A stretch of 64,000 nt of DNA from Mahella sp. Lineage in GTDB: Bacteria; Bacillota; Clostridia; Mahellales; Mahellaceae. The position numbers and the translations under genes were made by a program. The DNA lies in NCBI RefSeq assembly GCF_020054945.1, contig NZ_JAIHAU010000004.1, positions 8,903 to 72,902 of the forward strand, given 5' to 3'. Below are positions 10,399 to 19,287 of this stretch, in pieces. Each line of letters begins with the position of its first letter. Within the stretch, counting starts at the first letter, position 1. The notes below the pieces were generated by a model. The model ran no database searches and had not been told where the DNA came from. It saw only the letters and a program-made list of their open reading frames with translations.

Positions 10399-12363
10399 TT
10401 ATATATCATTCCCGCGGTTCCTTTTGCGCTCCTGATTTGATGCGTTCACGCGATTTCCCTTTTTATTGGAATTCATATCATGCTTTTCTATGTCAAAGGG
10501 GCCTGGCAAAACCTTTCTGTCCTTAAACTTATCTATGCTCATATATGACGTTTTGTCTTTATCAGGTCCATGCCATTCCAATATTTTTAAAAGCATTTTT
10601 ATGCGCTCCAATTGCTCGAAATCACGGGCTTTATTGGCGTCTTCAGCGCTTATATTATCCATGATATATTTCTTAAAAGCTTCTATATACTTTTTAGGTT
10701 CGTCTTTGCATATCGGTTGCAGCCATGTATCGCCATCGAAAAGCCCTTCATATCTCTTTTTTATATCTTGTATATAAAGCGTCGGCTCAAGCTTAACTGC
10801 TCCCATGCCATATGGTTTACCCATGCCTATTTCATGCCTATAGCTATCCGGCAGCATAAGCACCCATAAGAGACCGCCAATTTCCTCTTCTCTGAGATTT
10901 TCAAAGTATATGCGCGAGCGAAATTTTACACCGCTTCTTACGGGTTTTATACGCGTATACTGCGTCTTTTTATCTTTTACATCATTATCGTCTGCTTTTA
11001 TATAGGTTAAATCGACATTGCCTTTATGCCAGTAGAGTTTATGTCCGCGTATAGCAGCGGCAATCTCGTTACCATCTTTGCTATCATAATGATTCAATAT
11101 TTTCCTATTGGTCTTTTTATCGTTCGGTTTGTCTTGTATCAAATAATGCTGAAAGGCTGATGGTTTAGGGGATGCCAATATATGAGGTGAAAAAATACCA
11201 TTCAGCCATATATCACCCTGCCCCGGCAGCAACACGCCATCGGTGAAAGATACACGCCCCGCATATCCCTTTTCGTCTTTTCCTAAAGCATAGCCGAATA
11301 TCGCATCGGCCAAATCTATGACATCGTTATCCTTTACTTCTGGCGGTATATGATCGAAAGGTGTACTCTCATATACCAATCTAAACATCAGAGTATGCCC
11401 AAACATAACGACATCACCATTACCATCCTGTATATAGAATACAGGATAACCGTCTACCAATACCCCATCCCTGCCAATATAATCTTTTTGCCAATCAGTC
11501 ATCTGAGCTTTATAGGCATCTATCACGCTATCCTGTATTTTTATTGGCTCGGCTTCTTTATCTGGTAAACCTATAACACAATGGTTCTTTTTACCGTTAA
11601 TATAACCGGTAACAATCAGCATCGCTTGTCTATATCCTTTTTCTTTTATTGCTGACATTTCTGTAATTCTATTATTCCCCTCAGCGGCAACATTACCAAC
11701 ATATATATAGCAAACCCCACAAAATTTCTTTTTCCCATCACTGGTCGTATATTCCTTTTTGCCCCCAAACTTCCAATTCAATTTGCTTACAATATTATTT
11801 ATATCCTTTGCCCTAACTGTACAAAAATCACGATTCGCAAGCTTTTGAGCCGGTCTTATATACCAGCCGTCGGCTTTCTTCTCCATATAGCCGGCTTTTT
11901 GGTTTTTTACCTTTTCCATATAATAGGACCCGATACTGCTTTTATCTACCACAGCTCTATAAGCAATTTTATCGTTTGTAACCCAGCTAACCTTACCATA
12001 TGATGCTATCTCCAGCAAAGTCCTTGTCATGCCCCTTATGCTGCTTGCCGGTATGACCGGACTATTTTCATCCTTAGTAAAGAAAAAACTGGCCATTTGC
12101 TTTTGCTGATCTTCGCTAAGTTCGTCAAACGATTTATAACCATTCTCTCTATAAAACTCGGGTGTCATACCGCACCTTATGTAAGTGGGCGATTCTGTGG
12201 TTATAATACAATCTATGTAGCCTGTGCAAAGTTTATCGTCATATTTATCGTGTCCCGGCAAACACTGTCTCGCTTTGACAATTTTATGAGGAAGTTGTAC
12301 GAAATTATAAGGGGCTTCAGCCCTAGGCTCTTCTTCTGTAAGGCTTCTATGTTCTATCTTCAT
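10399..12363 (-). CDS. Type III-D Cas7 with large insertion (TIGR03986-like RAMP)
   Basis: APYNFV N-terminus, IPASSIRGM, GRVSF, RGHKLYWH, IGMGKPYGMG G-rich loop; follows csx19; start set at MKIEH (12363). Confidence 0.88.
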   Translation of the reverse strand: MKIEHRSLTEEEPRAEAPYNFVQLPHKIVKARQCLPGHDKYDDKLCTGYIDCIITTESPTYIRCGMTPEFYRENGYKSFDELSEDQQKQMASFFFTKDENSPVIPASSIRGMTRTLLEIASYGKVSWVTNDKIAYRAVVDKSSIGSYYMEKVKNQKAGYMEKKADGWYIRPAQKLANRDFCTVRAKDINNIVSKLNWKFGGKKEYTTSDGKKKFCGVCYIYVGNVAAEGNNRITEMSAIKEKGYRQAMLIVTGYINGKKNHCVIGLPDKEAEPIKIQDSVIDAYKAQMTDWQKDYIGRDGVLVDGYPVFYIQDGNGDVVMFGHTLMFRLVYESTPFDHIPPEVKDNDVIDLADAIFGYALGKDEKGYAGRVSFTDGVLLPGQGDIWLNGIFSPHILASPKPSAFQHYLIQDKPNDKKTNRKILNHYDSKDGNEIAAAIRGHKLYWHKGNVDLTYIKADDNDVKDKKTQYTRIKPVRSGVKFRSRIYFENLREEEIGGLLWVLMLPDSYRHEIGMGKPYGMGAVKLEPTLYIQDIKKRYEGLFDGDTWLQPICKDEPKKYIEAFKKYIMDNISAEDANKARDFEQLERIKMLLKILEWHGPDKDKTSYMSIDKFKDRKVLPGPFDIEKHDMNSNKKGNRVNASNQERKRNRGNDI

Positions 12364-12935
12364 GGTTGTACCTCGTTTCCATTCAATTTTATACCGCACA
12401 TCCTGCTCGCACTAATATATGCCTGTCCATATTCGTCATAATCTATATAATGTTTCACGGTTAACGTGCATAGAAATCTATTAGGTTTTTCACCGTTCAT
12501 ATTATCGGAGATACTAAAAGGGAGAGCATGCCTCAAACCCTGTTCGCCAACTGCCAGCAGCGTAAAACCTTCTTTAACGTCTTCAATTTTATTACCGAGC
12601 AAGATATAATCCTCGATAAGCTCATTCTCTTCGTTTCCGTCCTCTAAAAGGCAACCCTTAAAAGACAAAGCATCGCGCCAAACATGTATCTCCATATCCC
12701 TATTGAAGATCCTAACTTGTTGCAACGTGCAAAGCCTAAACTGTGGCGAAATATTCGGGAATATGCTGCTGGATAATTTAAAACAGCCATCTTTCACGAC
12801 ACCCCAAATAACCCCATCGTCAGCATATGCCAATATCCAACCGACATCTACACCACATCCGGCCAGCCATGTATTGATATTATTTTCAAATCCGCTCATG
12901 TCAATGCTCTTGATTAGATAAGTTTTATTGTCCAT
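12360..12935 (-). CDS. csx19: Csx19 (TIGR03984-like)
   Basis: LAYADDGVIWG, LQQVRIF..E.HVW, C-terminal YIDYDE.GQAY...SR; position in a III-D operon. Confidence 0.85.
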   Translation of the reverse strand: MDNKTYLIKSIDMSGFENNINTWLAGCGVDVGWILAYADDGVIWGVVKDGCFKLSSSIFPNISPQFRLCTLQQVRIFNRDMEIHVWRDALSFKGCLLEDGNEENELIEDYILLGNKIEDVKEGFTLLAVGEQGLRHALPFSISDNMNGEKPNRFLCTLTVKHYIDYDEYGQAYISASRMCGIKLNGNEVQP

Positions 12936-14286
12936 TATTCTCTCTCCTCCATAAAGCCTGTACAAACGATTCCAGTCGCTTCACACTACCTCGCACATTA
13001 ATTTTCTCCCCTCTCTGTTCGATCCGCCAGTAATCCCCATTATAATCCAGTTCTGCTTTTAAGCCCTTAAATCTGCCGCGTCCTATAGCTGTTCCTCTTC
13101 CTATAGGTAAATTCGATGTCCATAAATCCTTAAGCAGCAAAAGCAGCAATCCAATCTCTCTTTCTTGTGCTCCATCTAACGCTAATTTCACTTCAACTTT
13201 TCCAGCAAATATCGGTTGCTCATTGAAGAGCGCTCCCGAATATGCTCCTCCCGTAAATCTGTCAATTTTTATACGGTTTTGGACGAGTTGTTTTGAATCA
13301 TCTATAGTAGTTTCATAAACCCACAGCCTACTAGCCCTACGATCCTTTTTCTCCTCACGAGGCGTACCGAATATTTCGTTCACTATAGCCACATCAGCAC
13401 CTATAGTATTGATTATTTTGTATGCCCTTGATCTAAGGCTACCAGCTAAACTCGTACCGCTCAAAATAGGAGTATTACTCCCATCCCTAAATGAGTGAAT
13501 ATGCACGATATCCGGATCATTGCCGTTAACAGCCTGACTTCCTATTAGGATTGAACCATCAATTTCAAAGGAGGCTTTCATTACAAACTTATCTTTATCC
13601 CCGCCAATATTTTTAATAGGTAGGTCGTCTATGCCTTTAACATTATGTTCATTTTTATCTTTTTCCAGCCAACCTATAAGACCTTCGGGCTTACTCATGT
13701 TGTAACGGTATACCTTAAAATTCTTCGCATGGCATCGGCCCAGGCCTCTTCTTTTTCTCCTGCCAATCGGTATTTCGCCCTCCTCCAAAGCCTTAAGCGT
13801 CGATACAAAATAGCCAAGCGTATCAGCATAACAGTCATTTTCCAGAACCATAAACTCAAATGAAAGGGGAAATACTGTGCCCTCCGGCAAAAGCTCCATA
13901 TCAAACTTCGCTGTATCAATTGCCGTACCGGTATTCAAAGATATTGCCACGCCATCGCGCACCTCAACTTGGACACCATCGGGCAGTCTTCCAAAGCTAT
14001 CTTCAACAAAAACAATGCTCGGACAACTTTTGCTCTTATCCATGTTTCCAAATATTTTAGAAGCCTCTTCCTTGAAGCCCGCGCGTTCCAGATATGCTCT
14101 CAATGCTCCTGCAATCGAACTTCCCATCAACAAAGGCAGATTATCTATCTCATACAGTAACAATTGCATATCAGCCAGATCTTTCCCTTCGCTACATCCT
14201 ATATGAGTCGGCGTATCAAGTACTAAATCTGCATTTATTAGTATCCTTTCTTTAACGCCGTGACCGTTCTCCCATTGTGGTCTCAT
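12925..14286 (-). CDS. Tandem Cas7-Cas7 (Csm3-group) RAMP fusion
   Basis: Two RAMP units: GSSIAGALR...IGRRKRRGLG and SGTSLAGSLR...IGRGTAIGRG. Confidence 0.88.
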   Translation of the reverse strand: MRPQWENGHGVKERILINADLVLDTPTHIGCSEGKDLADMQLLLYEIDNLPLLMGSSIAGALRAYLERAGFKEEASKIFGNMDKSKSCPSIVFVEDSFGRLPDGVQVEVRDGVAISLNTGTAIDTAKFDMELLPEGTVFPLSFEFMVLENDCYADTLGYFVSTLKALEEGEIPIGRRKRRGLGRCHAKNFKVYRYNMSKPEGLIGWLEKDKNEHNVKGIDDLPIKNIGGDKDKFVMKASFEIDGSILIGSQAVNGNDPDIVHIHSFRDGSNTPILSGTSLAGSLRSRAYKIINTIGADVAIVNEIFGTPREEKKDRRASRLWVYETTIDDSKQLVQNRIKIDRFTGGAYSGALFNEQPIFAGKVEVKLALDGAQEREIGLLLLLLKDLWTSNLPIGRGTAIGRGRFKGLKAELDYNGDYWRIEQRGEKINVRGSVKRLESFVQALWRRENNGQ

Positions 14287-15803
14287 TTATTCTCACCAGC
14301 TTTCAAGGCTTTTTTCAATAATCCGTCAAGCAATCGAGCGCTATATTCTATCTTTAATCCTTGGACAACTTGTTCAGGCAATTTTATGTCCCCAAGTTTC
14401 GGCTCCGGCTCCGGCCTAAGCCATGCATTCCATACTTTATCGCAAAAATCTTCTCTTATCCAATCATATAAGGATGTGGAATCTAATTTGACTTTTTCCA
14501 ATTGTGATTTAGCAGTATTTTTTAATCCATCGGCATATCTCAAAAGCATATCTTTATCGCCGCTAAAGCACATTCCATGCGCAACATTCCGCAAGCGCGC
14601 CATTTGTGTTCTAGTAGCATCAGTACCTTTTATCTGAAGTTTTTGTAGCGTATCTGCTAATTTATCATCCAACATATCTCTCCATAATCTTTCGATCAAT
14701 CTCTTGGCCATTGAAATGCTGCGTTCGCTCAACTCTGTTTTCTTAACATTCTGTTTTTGTTCGTCCAATCTCATTCCTTTTATAGATGCTCGTCCATGCC
14801 AATTCACGGCTATTCGGCCAAAACCTTCGGCACGGCGTTGGCCAATGCCAAACATGCATGCCTGTTTTAATACGGCCTTATCAATATTTGACTCACTATA
14901 TACGAACACACTGCCAGCTCTAAATCCGTACATTTGCGGTAGCGGCAATCCCCATTTTCTATTAAATCCAGATATAACCTTTGGCTCATAATAAGCACAT
15001 TCAGGTTCCACATCAAATAAATCGCGAGCATTCACCGTATTCTGACCATACTTGTTAAAAATTATTGTATCGCTCAAAAGTGTAATAATTATTTTATTGC
15101 CACGTGCAAAATACTCGCCTGGCTCATATTCTTTCCAGTCTTCCTCAACATGCGTTTCTATATACACTAAACCGTATCCTGCAGTGCGCGACGCACCCAT
15201 TTTAAAATATTTTTTGTTCAGCAAATCGTTTATAATTTCTAAATCCGTTTCGCCCTTGCATACAACGGCACCTGAAAATACCTGATCGGCAGCAAGCGAT
15301 TCATATCTATATACGGTACTTTTACCCTCGCTTTTCTCTCTGCGATCCCAGCTGCTATTGTGAACTGCCATATCATACTGAGGCGACGCCATATAAACGC
15401 CATCTTCTTCATCAGCGCAATAAGCCAAGTTTGGATGACTAGCACTCTCAAGTTCTTCACTTTTTTCAACGGCAAAATCATATATTTTAGTTTTATTTTT
15501 ATCCATAGCTACATCGTCTTTAGACGTAAACCACGACAACGGCTTCGGTAAGAAGCGCATGTTGTTCGCTTTGATATAGGCATTCAAAAAACATGTGCTG
15601 CCTTCAAAAAATAACCTTCTACACACAGCATCTTCGCTTGCATCCTCGATATTATTGTCTTTTATATAAGCGTTCGCCGCAATGCCCAGTATAGTACTGC
15701 CCGGTATGTAGTCCTGACTTATGGCGCTATTCTCCTCACCTGCTCCAGGTGTAGACAATATTAAAGGCTCCAATAAATGTATATCAACCTTCAAAGCTTT
15801 CAT
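14283..15803 (-). CDS. csx10: Csx10-like Cas5-group RAMP with helical C-terminal extension (putative Cas11 fusion)
   Basis: YIPGSTILG, MGASRTAGYG, GFNRKWGLP, GIGQRRAEGFG; about 130-aa helical tail with 'TRTQMARLR'. Confidence 0.8.
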   Translation of the reverse strand: MKALKVDIHLLEPLILSTPGAGEENSAISQDYIPGSTILGIAANAYIKDNNIEDASEDAVCRRLFFEGSTCFLNAYIKANNMRFLPKPLSWFTSKDDVAMDKNKTKIYDFAVEKSEELESASHPNLAYCADEEDGVYMASPQYDMAVHNSSWDRREKSEGKSTVYRYESLAADQVFSGAVVCKGETDLEIINDLLNKKYFKMGASRTAGYGLVYIETHVEEDWKEYEPGEYFARGNKIIITLLSDTIIFNKYGQNTVNARDLFDVEPECAYYEPKVISGFNRKWGLPLPQMYGFRAGSVFVYSESNIDKAVLKQACMFGIGQRRAEGFGRIAVNWHGRASIKGMRLDEQKQNVKKTELSERSISMAKRLIERLWRDMLDDKLADTLQKLQIKGTDATRTQMARLRNVAHGMCFSGDKDMLLRYADGLKNTAKSQLEKVKLDSTSLYDWIREDFCDKVWNAWLRPEPEPKLGDIKLPEQVVQGLKIEYSARLLDGLLKKALKAGENK

Positions 15804-16483
15804 GCCAGTATCGCCTCCTTAAAAAGGTTAAAATGATCATTTAATATTGATTTTTGGTCATCATCTAGCAAATCAGCCTTTACCCTCCCTCTTCCTCTGC
15901 TCACACCACTCCCAGCTCTGTAAAATGCTTTTATACACGCCGATAAAAGCTGTAAATCTTCGCTTAGGGGTTTTTCAGAAAATGCTAGTAACGCCTCAAA
16001 GTATATACCTTTTAATATAATTCTTTCAGATCTGAGAGTATTAGCTTCTGCCACCTGCTTAACATCGTCTACGGCAGTTTGATATCGTACCGATGTCATC
16101 GTGTTTAATATCTTTGACGGTGAATTTCCATCAGCTGTTACCCACTCACGTATTATTGCCCGTCTCAAATCGTCAGGAAGTTTAGCATGACCTATATGCA
16201 AAATAGACTCTTCAGAGGCAGTACTCCCCGCCTTACCAAACAACCTTGCAGCAGACTTCTGCCATGGTACTTCTTTCCCCATCATCTTTAGCGATTCCAT
16301 AATATCGGCACAAGCTTCCACAAGTAGACCTTTTAGAGTTCTCCCCGATATATATGGAAATCCGTAGTTATCATGCTGTACCTCCTGATTCAGTATGCTA
16401 GCCACCCCATCGCCCCTACTAAATGTCGCATCGGTCTCCAATTCGATTGCTAAATAATACCTATTCACATTATCCCTCCTCAT
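15800..16483 (-). CDS. Cas7/Csm3-group RAMP
   Basis: GFPYISGRTLKGLL, LFG, QTAVD, GSGVSRGRG. Confidence 0.88.
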   Translation of the reverse strand: MRRDNVNRYYLAIELETDATFSRGDGVASILNQEVQHDNYGFPYISGRTLKGLLVEACADIMESLKMMGKEVPWQKSAARLFGKAGSTASEESILHIGHAKLPDDLRRAIIREWVTADGNSPSKILNTMTSVRYQTAVDDVKQVAEANTLRSERIILKGIYFEALLAFSEKPLSEDLQLLSACIKAFYRAGSGVSRGRGRVKADLLDDDQKSILNDHFNLFKEAILA

Positions 16484-18039
16484 TATAGATCAATCAGAAA
16501 ATCCATGGCCTCTATGGCATCGAAATAGCCGCAACGCCCGCCTTGCCAGCCGTTCTTACTCATCGTATTGTAATTTTCTATCATCGGTAGCTCCTTTATA
16601 CCATTTAAAGCCATAAAATTGGCCACGCTATTTTCTCCCTTTCTAAGTGCCCTTTGCAAAGCAATAATCTTGCTTCTTTTATCCCGCCATTCATCGCTTT
16701 TAAATTCATCAACGATATTTTTGAAGACATTCCAAGTTCGCCAGTCGTCATCGTCCATTACTGAAATAGGCCTCATATATAACTTTTTATTCCCTTCTAT
16801 ACTATATTCTTTTTCCCTTATAGCATTTATGCTATTATATACCGTACCATTTACAGCAAAATGCCAATCCATCGCGCTTATATCAGGACAATTAGCGCTT
16901 TTTTTGTCTAATATGAATTGCTTGGCAGAAGCGCATAACCCTTCGGCCAGATCATATGCCCTTGCAAATGGATAATGGGATTTTACAATAGCTATACCAG
17001 CTCTACCGTAGAAAGGCTTTCCATCGCTCAAAGTTTGGTTTTGTAAGCTAAAAAGATAATTATGGGCTAGCGACAACGCTATGCTACCATGGCATACAAA
17101 GGTAACATCGTCACCGTTAAAGACTATCGGCCTGAAAGGAAGCATATTTCCAGTAATCTTAATCTCGCCTTTTATAAGATTATCGTTTATAGCTGCTACC
17201 AGTTTGTCGACGGTACTTTGCAACGATTTTTTTACGGCATGCTGTATGCTGCTAGAAAATTCCCTCATGTCTTTTATGAAGTTTCTATTCCCGGAAGGAT
17301 CTGTATGACGTTGCCGTATCGCATCTATACGCTTTGACATCCCATTGCCATCCGTATGTACTATGCCTATGTAACTTGAACCTTCTATGCCAGACGCTAT
17401 ATCATTAAACTCACGCGCAAAAGTATATCCTTTAGTTTCGAAAGCTCCCTTCAAGCTTTCCCATGCTTCATCTTTTTCAATACAATATTTCGAATGCGCT
17501 TGCGATGACAAAAAGCAACCATCGGATTCGTCAAAGTGAGTAGCGGGCAAACCGGAAAATATACACTCTGCGGTAACGCCGGCTCCTAACATCGGCGTTG
17601 AGAAATTCCTATTCAGTTTTTTGGCAGCACCTTCCTTTTGAAGAAATGTTAACATATCGGAAAGAGAATCATTACACCAGTCAAACTCTTTATACACCAC
17701 AGTCACATCAAGCCCCGGCGCTTTTTGGATAATGTAACTTGTATATTTTCGAGTAAATGAATTAGCAATACTTTTATTTTTAAATATAATTACAGCATTG
17801 CCACCGCCACAGTATATGACTTCGGCATCAATATCCCCATCTTCTATTTTTTCATTATTGTAGCTACCCTCTGTTATATCTATAACATTATTAGGTTTTG
17901 GCAGCATATCAGCTACCCACTCTCTGGTCGTACACCCCACTAAATATGATGCTCCTGCATTCTGGCGCAGATTATTGGTCGCAAAGACATATTTCTGTAT
18001 ATTACGTGTATCTATAACCATCAATGCCAACTTATCCAA
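16483..18039 (-). CDS. cas10: Cas10 (type III-D, no HD domain, NGDD palm motif)
   Basis: IQKYVF..N.L..NAGAS start, YCGGGNA, HTDGNGM, RPIVFNGDDVTFVC, AGIAIVKSHYPFARAY.LAE.LC.SAK. Confidence 0.93.
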   Translation of the reverse strand: MDKLALMVIDTRNIQKYVFATNNLRQNAGASYLVGCTTREWVADMLPKPNNVIDITEGSYNNEKIEDGDIDAEVIYCGGGNAVIIFKNKSIANSFTRKYTSYIIQKAPGLDVTVVYKEFDWCNDSLSDMLTFLQKEGAAKKLNRNFSTPMLGAGVTAECIFSGLPATHFDESDGCFLSSQAHSKYCIEKDEAWESLKGAFETKGYTFAREFNDIASGIEGSSYIGIVHTDGNGMSKRIDAIRQRHTDPSGNRNFIKDMREFSSSIQHAVKKSLQSTVDKLVAAINDNLIKGEIKITGNMLPFRPIVFNGDDVTFVCHGSIALSLAHNYLFSLQNQTLSDGKPFYGRAGIAIVKSHYPFARAYDLAEGLCASAKQFILDKKSANCPDISAMDWHFAVNGTVYNSINAIREKEYSIEGNKKLYMRPISVMDDDDWRTWNVFKNIVDEFKSDEWRDKRSKIIALQRALRKGENSVANFMALNGIKELPMIENYNTMSKNGWQGGRCGYFDAIEAMDFLIDL

Positions 18040-18040
18040 T

Positions 18041-19252
18041 TCATTTCCCTCCCACTGTCGATATCCATTCTTTAAGTTCCTCTTCTAGCTCGGGCACGTC
18101 GTCTTTACCAAAAACTTCGATTCTACCCTTCTCAAATATTTCATTTTCAATTTCTTTTTTAAGATCGTCGGGGTTATTATAATAACAGACACAGGCAATA
18201 CGCGCTTCATCACCACCCATTTGTTGGGCGCGTATATATGCTTCAAAAATCTTTTTTTTACACATTTCTTCTCTGCGCGACGTAGTGCATGAAATGCCGA
18301 ATAACTGATATCCCATCATGAAAGCAACATCAAATTCAAAATCTCGTGGGTTCTTAACATCAATATTCATACCATAATCCGTAATATTATATTCTTTTGC
18401 TATGGAAATAACACAGCCTAATGTATAGTCTTCTAACCAGCCACCGCTTAACCATTTTGCTAAATTGGCAATTTCCTCGCCGGATAGCAATGTGTTAACA
18501 TCCTCCAACGTTTTTATATCATCTCTATTTGTCAAATAAATGAAAGGATTTTTGAGGCTGTATTCGGGTATCAAGACATCTTTTAGCTGATCTTCTTCCT
18601 TACCTTCGTCCCCATTTTTTAGGTTCTTTCTACACCATTCACTCCATTTGTTCAAGTGATTAACACTTTTCATGAATTCCATCATTTTCTTAGAAGCCTC
18701 AAAATATTTTGGCTTTGATTTCATATGTTTCTCAACCTTTTCCGGGTCGAAGCCATGTAACGCCAAAAGCTCTGGAATTTTTATCTTTACCAATTCCAAT
18801 ACCTTTTGTGATTTTAATGAATCATTATTTTTATGCATAAGCATATTAAATTTTCTGGAATCGAGATAAGAAAAAACAGCATATGGTATGTTGCCCTTCA
18901 CCCAATCATATGTATGCACAGCCATCGTTTTCGTTCCGCCTGTATAATTTAAACCTATCAATTTGTTGTTAGTTCTTCCTATTTGGGGTAGCAGCCCACT
19001 ATTCAACGAATTGTATATTTTATCTTTATCAGACGGATCAACCTCTATGTAGTTAAATGTTAACCCTTGCTTATGATCTTTTAATACATTTTTGATATTT
19101 TCAGCATAATCAAATGTCTTTGATGTATGTACCAAATCAACAGTTCCCCCATCCCTGACCAAAAGAAATGCCGCTACATAATTTGGCAAAGGGTTGCTAC
19201 CTACTAGGACGATAAGCTCGTCCACTGCTTCATAGCCACAAATTAAACTCAT
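18041..19252 (-). CDS. can2: CARF-nuclease ancillary effector of the Can2/Card1 (DUF1887) family
   Basis: LVGSNPLPNY and NYTGGTK.M CARF motifs, YLDS, GGWLE, EFDV...SCTTS nuclease motif, MGGDEAR. Confidence 0.85.
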   Translation of the reverse strand: MSLICGYEAVDELIVLVGSNPLPNYVAAFLLVRDGGTVDLVHTSKTFDYAENIKNVLKDHKQGLTFNYIEVDPSDKDKIYNSLNSGLLPQIGRTNNKLIGLNYTGGTKTMAVHTYDWVKGNIPYAVFSYLDSRKFNMLMHKNNDSLKSQKVLELVKIKIPELLALHGFDPEKVEKHMKSKPKYFEASKKMMEFMKSVNHLNKWSEWCRKNLKNGDEGKEEDQLKDVLIPEYSLKNPFIYLTNRDDIKTLEDVNTLLSGEEIANLAKWLSGGWLEDYTLGCVISIAKEYNITDYGMNIDVKNPRDFEFDVAFMMGYQLFGISCTTSRREEMCKKKIFEAYIRAQQMGGDEARIACVCYYNNPDDLKKEIENEIFEKGRIEVFGKDDVPELEEELKEWISTVGGK

Positions 19253-19287
19253 AAAGTCCGCTCCTTCCTTTCATTTGCTATTTCCCA

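Noticed and set aside
9863-10440. Short plus-strand ORFs over leader A and the adjacent gap
   Set aside because: No RBS or recognisable motif; they overlap the leader
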